Shown here: positions 7,445-17,163 of the stretch, one piece after another
How the letters are laid out: each line of letters starts with the position of its first letter
How positions within the stretch are numbered: position 1 is the stretch's first letter
Assembly (NCBI GenBank): GCA_001817635.1
Contig: MHIS01000015.1
Coordinates: forward strand, 1 to 31,911
Source: Candidatus Colwellbacteria bacterium GWA2_46_10
GTDB lineage: Bacteria; Patescibacteriota; Minisyncoccia; UBA6257; Colwellbacteraceae
Direction of reading: 5' to 3'
Length of the DNA stretch: 31,911 nucleotides
Position numbers and translations under genes: made by a program
Notes under the pieces: generated by a model
The model's database searches: none
What the model saw: the letters and a program-made list of their open reading frames with translations, nothing else
What the model was told of the DNA's origin: nothing

Positions 7445-8785
7445 ATGCAGCGTGGTCTATTCAGGAAAACAATCCTTCTTCTTGGTGACTGGGCTGGACT
7501 ATATCTATCCCTGTTTTTGCTTGTTCTGATTCGTTACGGAAACGATTGGGAAGCTCAATGGTCCAATCACTTCGTGCCTTTTTCCCTACTCTTCCCATTA
7601 TGGTTAGTGGTTATCTATGGAAGCTACTTATACGAGACGCGCTTCTTCCGCCCGGGAGTGGATACTTTGCGGGCTATGGGTGCAGTCGTCTTTATTTCCC
7701 TGTTCGGCAGCATAAGCATGTTCTACCTATTCCCTCCCGGGTTAATCCAACCCAGACGTAACCTAGTAATCTTCGCGGCTATATTCGGGTTGATCCTATC
7801 AGCCTGGCGTTTCCTCGCCTACAAGGCGGTACGCACACGCGTCAAAACAAACGTTCTGTTCTTGGGTAGTAATCCTGAGATAAAAGAGCTGGTTAAATTC
7901 TTCAAAGATAACCCGGAGCTTGGATATGCAAGCATGGGCACATTCGCAAGTGACCAAAAAGGCATAAATCAGGCATTAAAACTCTTGGAAGGAGGCGACG
8001 TAAACCTTTTGGTCATGGAATCTTCGTCAAAATCAACGAGTAGGGATAGAAGTACGTTCTCACTACTCGCCAGCGGCATCACCGCTATTGACTTAGAGGA
8101 GTTTTACGAAAGGTTATTGAACAAAGTTTCTCCCGAGATGCTCGATGAGTCGTGGTTCATACGCAACTTAGAGGGAATAAACCTGGCGGCATACAGATTT
8201 AGCAAACGCTTTATAGATATCGTAGCTGGAGCATTAGGTATTATTCTTCTTGCCTTTCTTTTCCTTCCCATAGCAATACTCATCAAGCTAAATTCTTCTG
8301 GGCAGGTAATATTTACCCAAAAGCGAGTTGGGAAAAATGGGAAAATCTTCCCAATGTATAAGTTTCGCACTATGAAAGTGCTTTCCGACGATGGTTCCGC
8401 CGAAACCGGAGAGGCAAAATGGACTCAAAGTGAAGACGTTAGGATTACTAGCATCGGAAAACTCCTCCGAATAACAAGGGTGGATGAACTTCCTCAATTC
8501 ATTAACATCCTAAGGGGTGATCTAAGTTTAGTCGGCCCAAGACCAGAGCGACCAGAGTTGGTTAAGAAGTTAGAGGCGGCTATTCCCCACTACAATATGA
8601 GACATCTTATTAAACCGGGTCTTACCGGCTGGGCTCAGATAAACTACCGATACGGCAGTTCTATCAAAGATGCCCACATTAAACTCCAGTACGACATCTA
8701 CTACGCCAAGAGAAAATCTCTGGTATTAGATTTCGCGATTATGCTAAAAACTATACGGATTGTTGTCTTGAGATCAGGAAGATAG
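7445..8785 (+). CDS. Priming polyprenyl glycosylphosphotransferase (WcaJ/WbaP-like sugar transferase)
   Basis: N-terminal TM helices and a C-terminal Bac_transf domain with KRFIDI, YKFRTM, RITRVDELPQFINILRGDLSLVGPRPERP and KPGLTGWAQ. Confidence 0.95.
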   Translation: MQRGLFRKTILLLGDWAGLYLSLFLLVLIRYGNDWEAQWSNHFVPFSLLFPLWLVVIYGSYLYETRFFRPGVDTLRAMGAVVFISLFGSISMFYLFPPGLIQPRRNLVIFAAIFGLILSAWRFLAYKAVRTRVKTNVLFLGSNPEIKELVKFFKDNPELGYASMGTFASDQKGINQALKLLEGGDVNLLVMESSSKSTSRDRSTFSLLASGITAIDLEEFYERLLNKVSPEMLDESWFIRNLEGINLAAYRFSKRFIDIVAGALGIILLAFLFLPIAILIKLNSSGQVIFTQKRVGKNGKIFPMYKFRTMKVLSDDGSAETGEAKWTQSEDVRITSIGKLLRITRVDELPQFINILRGDLSLVGPRPERPELVKKLEAAIPHYNMRHLIKPGLTGWAQINYRYGSSIKDAHIKLQYDIYYAKRKSLVLDFAIMLKTIRIVVLRSGR

Positions 8786-9934
8786 CTTCTCTAAAGTTTC
8801 CCTAGCTATTTTTACTAACGCAGAGGTACTGTGGTCCCAGCTGTAGCGCTTGAGCACAAACTTTCTGCCAACCGCACCCAGTTTAGATCTACGTGCTGGT
8901 GATTGAAGTAACCGTACAACTTCTCCGGCAAATTCTTCCGCAGAGACCGCATCTACAATGGCCGGCGTGTTCTCAATCCCGCTACGCCCCAGTAAAGTAG
9001 CTACTATTGGCCTCTCCATAGATAGTGCCTGAAGCACTTTGTTTTTGATGCCAGCCCCGCTCACCATCGGCGCTACAAAAACATCTGATTGCTGTAAGTA
9101 GCTTTGGATTTCCTCCACTTCTCCCGTAACCTTAACTCCTTTTGTTCTGGAGAGAGCACGCACTTTAGGGGTAGGCCTACGCCCTACAACAAAAAACTCT
9201 GTCGAAGGTACATTCTTTTGTATTAATGGCAGTACCTTATAGCAAAACCAAACCACCGCATCTACATTTGGTTGGTAGTCCATCACTCCAGAGAAAACTA
9301 CCCTTGGGGGGTGTGGTAAGCCTGTCTTCTTGGATAGTTTGAAAAAGTCACTATCTACCCCATTAGTTAAAACAGCTGCTTTGCCGCCGAATCTAGAGAA
9401 TACCTTTGCGTCCGCCAGGGAAACCAACAGAATTTTTTCATATAGGTGAGAAGCCTTCCTCTCTATGGCGGATACGCCAACTCCAATTAGCAGATATAAC
9501 CATTTTCCCAGTAGATTCTTTGTTCCAGACGCTAGCGATTGATAGAAGAGAGAAAAACTATCATGGGGAAAGTAAATTGTTGGGTTGTGCTTGATAGCCC
9601 CACCCAACCACGCAAGTCCGAACCCGTCTATAACCAAAACTGTTTCTTTATCGAGGTTGGGTTTAATAAGATTCTTTATCGGTATTCCTAGGAGATACTT
9701 AGCTAAATTGGTTTTCATCTGCCCCAAGGTAAGAGGGTGCGCTTTCGCATTAGGGCTAACCTCTTTCCTCACTTCATTCAGATAATCTCCTTCTTTGGGG
9801 TCAAAGAAATAATGGTACTCGAATTTGTTTCCCATTTTCCGGCTTAGGTTCTTCGTATATTGGTAATGTATCAAGCGACCTCCATCTAGATATGGGGGGT
9901 ATGGTGGTTCCTGACTGATATAAACTAACTTCAT
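8774..9934 (-). CDS. Glycosyltransferase, GT4 family
   Basis: NGVD, FSGVMDYQPNVDA and G.G.KNKVLQAL GT-B signature. Confidence 0.9.
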   Translation of the reverse strand: MKLVYISQEPPYPPYLDGGRLIHYQYTKNLSRKMGNKFEYHYFFDPKEGDYLNEVRKEVSPNAKAHPLTLGQMKTNLAKYLLGIPIKNLIKPNLDKETVLVIDGFGLAWLGGAIKHNPTIYFPHDSFSLFYQSLASGTKNLLGKWLYLLIGVGVSAIERKASHLYEKILLVSLADAKVFSRFGGKAAVLTNGVDSDFFKLSKKTGLPHPPRVVFSGVMDYQPNVDAVVWFCYKVLPLIQKNVPSTEFFVVGRRPTPKVRALSRTKGVKVTGEVEEIQSYLQQSDVFVAPMVSGAGIKNKVLQALSMERPIVATLLGRSGIENTPAIVDAVSAEEFAGEVVRLLQSPARRSKLGAVGRKFVLKRYSWDHSTSALVKIARETLEKLSS

Positions 9935-11061
9935 AGAACTTCTTTATATACCCTTGCTACTTCTCGAGCCTGTTTCTCTATGGAAAAATTGTTCTCGACT
10001 GCGATTCTAGCTTTCTTGCCAAACGTTTCTCGCAGAGCCTTGTTTATAACCAATTCCGTTAATTTTTCTTTTAGTTGATTTTTTGATGGGTCAAACAGAA
10101 AACCATTTTCTCCATTAGTGATAACTTCTCTGGGTCCACCTACGTTTGTGGAAACGACGGCTTTGCCACTCGCCATTGCCTCTAAGTTCACTAATCCAAA
10201 TGTCTCAAAGTCAGACGGACAAACTACTATATCCAAGGCGGATATAACTCTCTCAATATTCTCCCTAAATCCAGTCCAGATTACGCAACTTTTCCAATGT
10301 TCATTTCTTTCTATCGCACTCTTAAGCAATTTAATGTTTCTATCGTCTGCTCTTCTTCTAAATGTATTATCACCTACAAAAAATATCTTATATGGACGTC
10401 CTTCAATAGGTTCATCTAAGGCCTCCAACAACCTCATGTGCCCCTTGAGCTTCTGAAAGCGCCCTATCATCCCTATAAGAGTGCCCCCCTTCGAAAGCTC
10501 TTTTACCAGAGGGTCTGGTTTTACAAGAGGAGAAAATTTATTAGTATCGATACCCAAGTGGATCACCCCTATTTTACCCTTTGCCTTCCTTAAATTTTCG
10601 GGGAGCTTGTCCTGCACGAATTTTGACACCGAAAGAACCCTATCGGCCTGTTTGTATATAGAAGTGAAGGGCCAGAATTTAGGCTGCCACCACCACCACC
10701 CGTGGCAAACCCAAACTATTTTAAACGGTAGCTTGCCAAGCGTTCTTGCGGCGGCCGCGTATACCAATGTCTCTAAATCGTTAACGTGCACTATTTCCGG
10801 TTTAATTTCCCCCATTAGTTTTTTTAAAGAACGGTATGCACCAACGCTCCAAAATGGCATTTTGCCTCTCCTTAGAGACAATCCTGGGATCTCCACTACT
10901 TGCAACCCCATACCCATCGCCAATCCTGCAAGGGTTCCTCCCTTTTTAATAACAACTGTGGGGTCTACTCCATAACCACGCTTTAGTTCCCTAACTAGGG
11001 CAAGCATATTGCTTTCTCCACCCCCCAGCCCATTGAGGGAAGATAAAAAGACTACCTTCAT
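9931..11061 (-). CDS. Glycosyltransferase, GT4 family
   Basis: GGGE, IHLGID and ETFGLVNLEAMASGKAVV (E-x7-E) motifs; ATGA overlap with the downstream GT. Confidence 0.93.
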   Translation of the reverse strand: MKVVFLSSLNGLGGGESNMLALVRELKRGYGVDPTVVIKKGGTLAGLAMGMGLQVVEIPGLSLRRGKMPFWSVGAYRSLKKLMGEIKPEIVHVNDLETLVYAAAARTLGKLPFKIVWVCHGWWWWQPKFWPFTSIYKQADRVLSVSKFVQDKLPENLRKAKGKIGVIHLGIDTNKFSPLVKPDPLVKELSKGGTLIGMIGRFQKLKGHMRLLEALDEPIEGRPYKIFFVGDNTFRRRADDRNIKLLKSAIERNEHWKSCVIWTGFRENIERVISALDIVVCPSDFETFGLVNLEAMASGKAVVSTNVGGPREVITNGENGFLFDPSKNQLKEKLTELVINKALRETFGKKARIAVENNFSIEKQAREVARVYKEVL

Positions 11062-11771
11062 GAAAAAGTCTCTATATCCTCTGGACTAAGTTCTAGAAAG
11101 CCTTCCATGTAACCACTGTTTGACCCACCGTCTATGGAGCGGTAAGCATTCAGACCAATTAGGTTATGCTCGAGGTTTTGATAATCTAATTGCGATTTGT
11201 AGTGCCTAATTAGCGATATCTTCTGATTAATACGCTCTGTTATATCTACAACCCTGCTAACCGGAAGCGCGGTCCACACCTCGTAAGCCCAAATACTCGC
11301 TGACCACTCCTTAGACAACCTAACAGCAATCTTGGCACTAGCCCTGTGGTCTGGATGCCTATCAACTGGTGATGTCGTTAGAATGAGGTCAAATTTACCC
11401 AATTTACTTATATCCTCAATGGCCTTCTCGACATTCTCTCCTAGTTTACCGTCCGGGAAACCAAGAAATTCTAGCTTGCAGTGGTCATGCTTTTCCCATG
11501 CGCTCTTAGCCTCTTTTTTTCTCAGTAGTACTATGTTTTCATATTTCCCCTTAGGATCGCCCATGCCGCCATCTGTGAGGAAAACTATGCAGGCGTTTTG
11601 ATTAGAAGATAGGCCGAGTAGGCTACCCCCACACCCTAGAGCCTCGTCATCGGGGTGAGGAGCCAAAACTAATATATCCTTGCCGGGCAATTTATCAGAC
11701 ACCCTTGGGGGCAAGTGCCCATATCCCATCCAAGCTTTTACGGCTCTTTTTATGTTATGCGTTTTGAACAT
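11058..11771 (-). CDS. PIG-L/LmbE-family deacetylase
   Basis: LAPHPDDEALGCGG and HPDH metal-binding motifs. Confidence 0.93.
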   Translation of the reverse strand: MFKTHNIKRAVKAWMGYGHLPPRVSDKLPGKDILVLAPHPDDEALGCGGSLLGLSSNQNACIVFLTDGGMGDPKGKYENIVLLRKKEAKSAWEKHDHCKLEFLGFPDGKLGENVEKAIEDISKLGKFDLILTTSPVDRHPDHRASAKIAVRLSKEWSASIWAYEVWTALPVSRVVDITERINQKISLIRHYKSQLDYQNLEHNLIGLNAYRSIDGGSNSGYMEGFLELSPEDIETFS

Positions 11772-13212
11772 TATTTAACTTCCCGATAATTCCCACGATG
11801 ACCTTTTTATTGATTACCTTAAATTTTAACGCCAAACCTAGAAAAAGAATCCATGCCAGGGCGCGCACACTAAGATTAATGCCTAAACCTAGGTAATCGG
11901 CTAGCAGATATATCCCATAAAAGACGACTAGGCAAGCTCCAAAGAAAAGTGCTGGGATAGCCAAGTCTTTCAACCAGTTCCAACTTTTTGTTATCACCAA
12001 TGTGGTCAAAAGGCTAGTTGCGTATGCTATAGCCGTCGCGTATGCAGCACCCATCATCCCATATTTTGGCACAAGAAAGAGATTGGCTAGTACATTGACC
12101 CCCAAGCCAACCGAAGTTATTGCTACCAAAGTCCATGTTCGGCTTTCTACAAAAAGCTTACGGCTAGGTATGAAATATAGCCCATATAAAAATACTCCCA
12201 ATATTATCCATGGAACCAATCTTATATTACCCAAGTACAACGCTCCCCCCATAATCTCTATAGCCTCCCTGCTAAACAACCAGACAGAAAGTGCGAGGAA
12301 AGATAGCCACCCAAAATATTCCCTTACAATCGTTCGGTTGTCTTGTCTAAACTGTTCATTCTCATAGTTCTTAAAATAATAAATACTCCACGCTTGGTTG
12401 AACCCCATACTGAACAGGTTGAGCAACAGGGCAACCGCATAGACCACCGAATATAAGGCGACTGAGCTGATGCCCACAAAATGGTTTAAGAAAAAGCGAT
12501 CTATGTTTACCATTCCCCACCAACCAAATCCCGCCAATTGAACTGGCAAACCAAAGCTAATCGACTTGAGGACATGAGAAAAAGAATTAAATATGGGTCT
12601 TATGCTGTGATGGTAGAAAAGCATTAACAAGCTGCCCAAAGCTACAATACTGGTAGCCATCAACTCGCCTGCAATCTTCCCTGAAGCGCTAGCTTGGTAA
12701 AAAAACATTGAGACTACGATGAACAATACGGTTACCCCCGCCTGCCATAGTTTACTGACTAAAAAGGACTTACTAAGCTCTTTGGTAACCAATAAAGTTT
12801 GGTAGAAGTTAATAATAGCGCTGAGGTAGGCAATTACTATTGTAATGGCTATTAATGTTGAATCGATGCCCAACCAATCTCCTAGGTATTTAGATACCCA
12901 TACACCAAGGACCACCAAGACTATTCCGCTCAGCAACAGGTAGCTTGTTAGCGAGTTTAAATAATTTACCCTCTCCAATTTGCGCTTGAAGGTAAAGTAA
13001 AAGCGACCGGCAGCTGAGCCTATCCCTTGCTGAAAAATGATATTGAGGAAGCCGAAAAGACTAGTAAGTATAACTATGATCCCCACCTGCTCCACAGATA
13101 CCATGCGAGTATAAAATGGGAGCATCAAAAAATTGACGGATTGAGCTAACACATTAGCTAATGTGTAGTAAAACGAGTGGTTAAGAATATTTATTATGTG
13201 ATACATAAACAA
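11755..13212 (-). CDS. Second oligosaccharide flippase (Wzx-like)
   Basis: A 485-aa polytopic protein with LPFYTR, DRFFLNHF.G...VALYS and NLFLVPKYGMMGAAYAT motifs. Confidence 0.88.
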   Translation of the reverse strand: MFMYHIINILNHSFYYTLANVLAQSVNFLMLPFYTRMVSVEQVGIIVILTSLFGFLNIIFQQGIGSAAGRFYFTFKRKLERVNYLNSLTSYLLLSGIVLVVLGVWVSKYLGDWLGIDSTLIAITIVIAYLSAIINFYQTLLVTKELSKSFLVSKLWQAGVTVLFIVVSMFFYQASASGKIAGELMATSIVALGSLLMLFYHHSIRPIFNSFSHVLKSISFGLPVQLAGFGWWGMVNIDRFFLNHFVGISSVALYSVVYAVALLLNLFSMGFNQAWSIYYFKNYENEQFRQDNRTIVREYFGWLSFLALSVWLFSREAIEIMGGALYLGNIRLVPWIILGVFLYGLYFIPSRKLFVESRTWTLVAITSVGLGVNVLANLFLVPKYGMMGAAYATAIAYATSLLTTLVITKSWNWLKDLAIPALFFGACLVVFYGIYLLADYLGLGINLSVRALAWILFLGLALKFKVINKKVIVGIIGKLNNVQNA

Positions 13213-13235
13213 TTAACAACCTTGGGTGGACAGCA

Positions 13236-13922
13236 TTATTGGGTCTCCATCCCCTGTTTTATCCAAAAGTGGATACCCGCATGACTCCCGACACCCTCTT
13301 CTTCGTCATAGTTAGCAGGTTTGTTTATCCTCGTATATCCATATATGGCTTTGTCGTCCCAATCGTGGGCTCCTATGATTGGAACCCTTTGAAACAGTAG
13401 ATTCACTATGTCACCCCTCAGGTGGATACCGGCATCTACGAATGCATAGTTGTACTTATCCAGACCGAGCTGATCTAAAAGAGCCGATAACTCAATCTTA
13501 TACGCACCTGCTCTGGGATTGCCTCCTCTTTTCACAAGCCCACCTACTCCAGTGACATCTAGCTCTGCGTCTATTACGGGTTGTTTCATCTCGTACATAA
13601 TCAGTTCCCAGTTCTTGCTGCCCTTAAACCTCTCCTTGCACTTAATTGCCCAGCTATCGTCAGCTACCTTAAGTTTTTCTGCCAACGCCACGTCCTTTGT
13701 AAAAATCTCCACAGAAGCAACCTTATCTAACTGTTTAAGGAAAGACTCTGTGCCATCTCCCATGCCGAACTCAATCATCGATTTAATGTTTTTCTCCTTA
13801 AAGAGTATCTCGTGGGCCCTTACGTGGTCTATCCATAAAGTGCCCCTTAAAATACCAGCGACCTTCTTAAGTGTTGGCACTCTATGGATAAGTTTAACGA
13901 AGTTATAGGCGCTCAATCTCAT
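13236..13922 (-). CDS. Class I SAM-dependent methyltransferase-like protein
   Basis: IEFGMGDGT motif I-like segment, VASVE, YAFVDAG and AHD. The ATG at 13922 is preferred over the TTG at 13976. Confidence 0.6.
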   Translation of the reverse strand: MRLSAYNFVKLIHRVPTLKKVAGILRGTLWIDHVRAHEILFKEKNIKSMIEFGMGDGTESFLKQLDKVASVEIFTKDVALAEKLKVADDSWAIKCKERFKGSKNWELIMYEMKQPVIDAELDVTGVGGLVKRGGNPRAGAYKIELSALLDQLGLDKYNYAFVDAGIHLRGDIVNLLFQRVPIIGAHDWDDKAIYGYTRINKPANYDEEEGVGSHAGIHFWIKQGMETQ

Positions 13923-14035
13923 TTGAGTTCTATCGGCTAATTTACTATATCCACTCTGGATATGGCAGTAAAGCAAAGCGTCTCTTTGGGCCAGCCAGTA
14001 TCCAACAATTCCAAGAGGAGATAAAATAGCTATAC

Positions 14036-14818
14036 ATGTATTTATTTAACGACACCAATAAGGCTCTGTGGGGATCCAAGAGAGTGCTTAAACACTATTC
14101 CGAACAGGAGCATATCCAAAAAGCAGAAGCATCTATTCTTAAGCTCCTTAAGCCGAAGCTGTCGGAAATGAAGATGCTAGACATAGGGGTTGGGGCTGGA
14201 CGCACCACTATGCACTTTGCCCATTTAGTAAAAGAGTATATGGGGATAGATTACGCGAAACTCATGATCGACTCCTGTAGAAAAAAGTTTTCGGGATACC
14301 GTTTTGAAACCATGGACGTGCGCAATATGAGTCCTTTACCTAGTAACCATTTCGACTTTGTTCTCTTCAGTCACAATGGCATAGACAATATGCCCTACCA
14401 AGATAGGGAAAGGTCTCTGCAAGAAATCGCCAGGGTTCTAAAACAATCGGGAATCTTTGTTTTCTCTACCCACAATATCCATAGCATAGAAGCGCTTCTT
14501 TCCACTATTTCACCAGTAGATTCACCGCCTAGAAAAACACTAAAGTGGGTCAAAAATGGTTTATTCATACTAATGAATGGTCACCCATCGAAGCTGAAAA
14601 ATCTACCATACGTGGTAGTAAATGATGGAAGTTGGAATTTTCGTCTGCGCACGTACTACATAGATCCCCGAATACAATTACGAGAGCTGGAGGCGCTAGG
14701 CTTTAGGAACAGTCTTTTATTTTCTGGCTCCACCGGAGAAAGAATCGCCAGAAATCATTTGGCAATGGATAATGATCCCTGGATTTATTTCCTGTGCACG
14801 CATCAGTTACCCCTTTAA
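14036..14818 (+). CDS. Class I SAM-dependent methyltransferase
   Basis: MLDIGVGAGRT, GIDYA, FDFVLFS and EIARVLKQSGIFVFS motifs. Confidence 0.92.
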   Translation: MYLFNDTNKALWGSKRVLKHYSEQEHIQKAEASILKLLKPKLSEMKMLDIGVGAGRTTMHFAHLVKEYMGIDYAKLMIDSCRKKFSGYRFETMDVRNMSPLPSNHFDFVLFSHNGIDNMPYQDRERSLQEIARVLKQSGIFVFSTHNIHSIEALLSTISPVDSPPRKTLKWVKNGLFILMNGHPSKLKNLPYVVVNDGSWNFRLRTYYIDPRIQLRELEALGFRNSLLFSGSTGERIARNHLAMDNDPWIYFLCTHQLPL

Positions 14819-16246
14819 GGAAGCTATCGGCTTCATTCTCGCTACTAAGCGCATTAGCCTATGCTCTTTCATCACTTGGATAACCTTATCGAGTGACTTG
14901 AAGTTGCTGGATATCTGGCCAGATATTCTGCCCTTTCCGCTACGATACAGTTTAATTCGCTGTCCTTCTAAAATTTTGTGTGCCTCCCCCTCAGAGATGT
15001 TAGCTTCTCCCATATGCTTATCCAGCATTCGCCCAACCCCGTGGTTGGTGGTCCAGTAGGTATTTTTTACGCCCTCGTCTGCGCAACCAATATAACTTTC
15101 TGTGCCTAAAGCGCCTGGAATCAGTATTGGCTGCCCAGTTACGTTAAATGGTGCTTTTCTCCACTGATCTTTTGGCAGAGCTACGTTTGTGCCATTGCGA
15201 TGCAGAATAAACTCTCTACTATCAATGTTCTCCTTGGTCACCATGTCGTGTGCGGGATCAAAAAGTAGGTCTGTTTTTATTTTCCTTTTAGCTACATCCT
15301 CGCATGTATTAATAATCTTGCTCATAATGGCCAACCTATTCACGAAACCGAAATTGCCCGCTAACGAAAAAGCGTCTAGAAATCTTCTTCCCTCTACACC
15401 GTCGGCCGGCAGATTCCCGAATCCCTTGCGAACAATGTAAGTTCTCCAGCGCAACAACCAACTCTTAAAAGATAGATCTCTCAAAAAGTGCCACCATAAC
15501 TGCATAAGCAACATGGCTAAATACTTAAATGGTTTACGCTTCAACTCTCCCCTCGCAGAATAATGAAGATGCGTTTGTGACCCCATCTTCAAAGAGTCGG
15601 TGTGTAAAATAAAGACTAGTTGCTTTTCCTTTAGGTTCAATTCTCCCGCCAATGCTTGGTTTTCAATACGATCTATATAGTGAAGCTCCAAAAAGTGGTT
15701 TCCCCCACCTAACACGCCCAGACAGTACCTCCCCCAGTTAATTGCCGTTGGAGGAATAATATCTTTGACCTCATCACTGCTTATGTGAGTTGCCAAAAAG
15801 TTGCCGCTTTTCTCTATTCTTTCTAACCAGTACTGGGGAAGTTTAAATTTCTCTATTGCCCATGCTGCTCCTCCCCGAACAGCTTTTATCATGTCTTCTT
15901 GGCTAAGCTGCGGTTTTCTCCAAGGCCTACCTGGGACCTCTTCAGCAAGTTTTCTGAAAATAGTGTCTATTTGCTCTGAGGTAAGGTCATTAACCGATAG
16001 ATCCGTGGTTAGCATGGCTATGCCACAATTAGGAACCCCAATAAGGCCAGGAATGATCGTATTGTTTGTTGCCACCGCGATGCCAATAGGAACCTCTGCT
16101 CCTCTCTTGTAATGAAAGTCGGGCAGGACAGCTATAGGACTAATAACATTCTCTGCCCTACTTATTTCTCCGATCATTTCCCTGCTAGGATCCTCGGGAA
16201 TCAGGTCTGGATGTATAAACCACTTTATTTTGTCTCCTTCTACCAT
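14807..16246 (-). CDS. rtcB: Divergent RtcB-family ligase (GTP/Mn-dependent 3'-phosphate/5'-OH ligase fold)
   Basis: PDFH, NCG, LGGGNHFLE, LHTDS, AHD, HRNG, IPGALG, HGVGR and the C-terminal P..SLKG appear in RtcB order. Confidence 0.9.
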   Translation of the reverse strand: MVEGDKIKWFIHPDLIPEDPSREMIGEISRAENVISPIAVLPDFHYKRGAEVPIGIAVATNNTIIPGLIGVPNCGIAMLTTDLSVNDLTSEQIDTIFRKLAEEVPGRPWRKPQLSQEDMIKAVRGGAAWAIEKFKLPQYWLERIEKSGNFLATHISSDEVKDIIPPTAINWGRYCLGVLGGGNHFLELHYIDRIENQALAGELNLKEKQLVFILHTDSLKMGSQTHLHYSARGELKRKPFKYLAMLLMQLWWHFLRDLSFKSWLLRWRTYIVRKGFGNLPADGVEGRRFLDAFSLAGNFGFVNRLAIMSKIINTCEDVAKRKIKTDLLFDPAHDMVTKENIDSREFILHRNGTNVALPKDQWRKAPFNVTGQPILIPGALGTESYIGCADEGVKNTYWTTNHGVGRMLDKHMGEANISEGEAHKILEGQRIKLYRSGKGRISGQISSNFKSLDKVIQVMKEHRLMRLVARMKPIASLKG

Positions 16247-17163
16247 GTTTTTTTGTTTAACCGATTAACGATTTCTTCTAGCTGGTGTTCTCTCATGTCC
16301 CTTAATGCCGGCAACCCTTCCGCTAGGTTTAATAGTCCAGCTATGTCTTTTTCTCCCATCTGTCTCGGCAACCTGTTCCCATTCAACTTTGTGAACCACT
16401 CACGGTAAGCAGCAAGAATAGATTCATTGTTCATAACATTAAGCAGTACTTGTGCGTTCAACTTTGCAGACTCGCCTAAGATTATGATCTTGTCTATATG
16501 CTCGGGAGTGGTAAAAACATTCTTGGGCACTACTCTAACTATATTTCTGGAAATATCCCCTGTTCGGCCAACGCTTCTTATTTCCTCAACATGAACAGGA
16601 TTCTTCTTCTCCAAATGTATGGCTGTAACTAAAGGTAACACCATTTGGGTCTCTGGGTTCAGTAAAACGAAGTTGTCTCCTCCAAAAGAGGCGTTTTGAC
16701 CGCCCAGCAACATAGTTATCAAGCTTGACTTACCCGAACCACCACGCCCAACAACTAGGATGGTGCGCCCGTCGCATCTTACTAATCCGCCATGAACGGG
16801 CACATATCCATCTTTTTCATAACGGCTAAATAGCGGGAAAAGTATTACTATGTAGGTGAGCCATGCAAGCACGCCGGGATGTTCTACTGGGGAACATCCG
16901 TACCTGAGTTTGGCCAGTAAATTAGGCTTATAGTTGACGGTTATCTTGTTCCCATCAACTCTAATTGAGCTCTCTGGTCTGGGACGATTGAGGTGAATGG
17001 CCTCTTTGGGACCCTTTTCTAAGAGAACATTGATCTCTGTGTCTACGATAGATGACTCCGATAGATACGGGGTAAACTCGTTATCTATATAAGTAGAAAA
17101 TGGCTCGATATCGGTCCTTACTAGATAACTCTGTCCCCAAAATTTTAGTTTTCTCTCTGTCAT
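16240..17163 (-). CDS. HPr kinase-like P-loop protein
   Basis: VHGGLV...ILVVGRGGSGKSSL...FGGDN resembles the HprK C-terminal kinase-like domain, with a degenerate DD motif. Confidence 0.65.
   Translation of the reverse strand: MTERKLKFWGQSYLVRTDIEPFSTYIDNEFTPYLSESSIVDTEINVLLEKGPKEAIHLNRPRPESSIRVDGNKITVNYKPNLLAKLRYGCSPVEHPGVLAWLTYIVILFPLFSRYEKDGYVPVHGGLVRCDGRTILVVGRGGSGKSSLITMLLGGQNASFGGDNFVLLNPETQMVLPLVTAIHLEKKNPVHVEEIRSVGRTGDISRNIVRVVPKNVFTTPEHIDKIIILGESAKLNAQVLLNVMNNESILAAYREWFTKLNGNRLPRQMGEKDIAGLLNLAEGLPALRDMREHQLEEIVNRLNKKTW

Noticed and set aside
14807-16246. Ordinary RNA-repair rtcB operon
   Set aside because: No rtcA, rtcR, archease, TROVE or prfH partner in the window, several conserved motifs are altered and the gene overlaps glycan-type genes. 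RNA activity is not excluded and is kept as the alternative in the finding.
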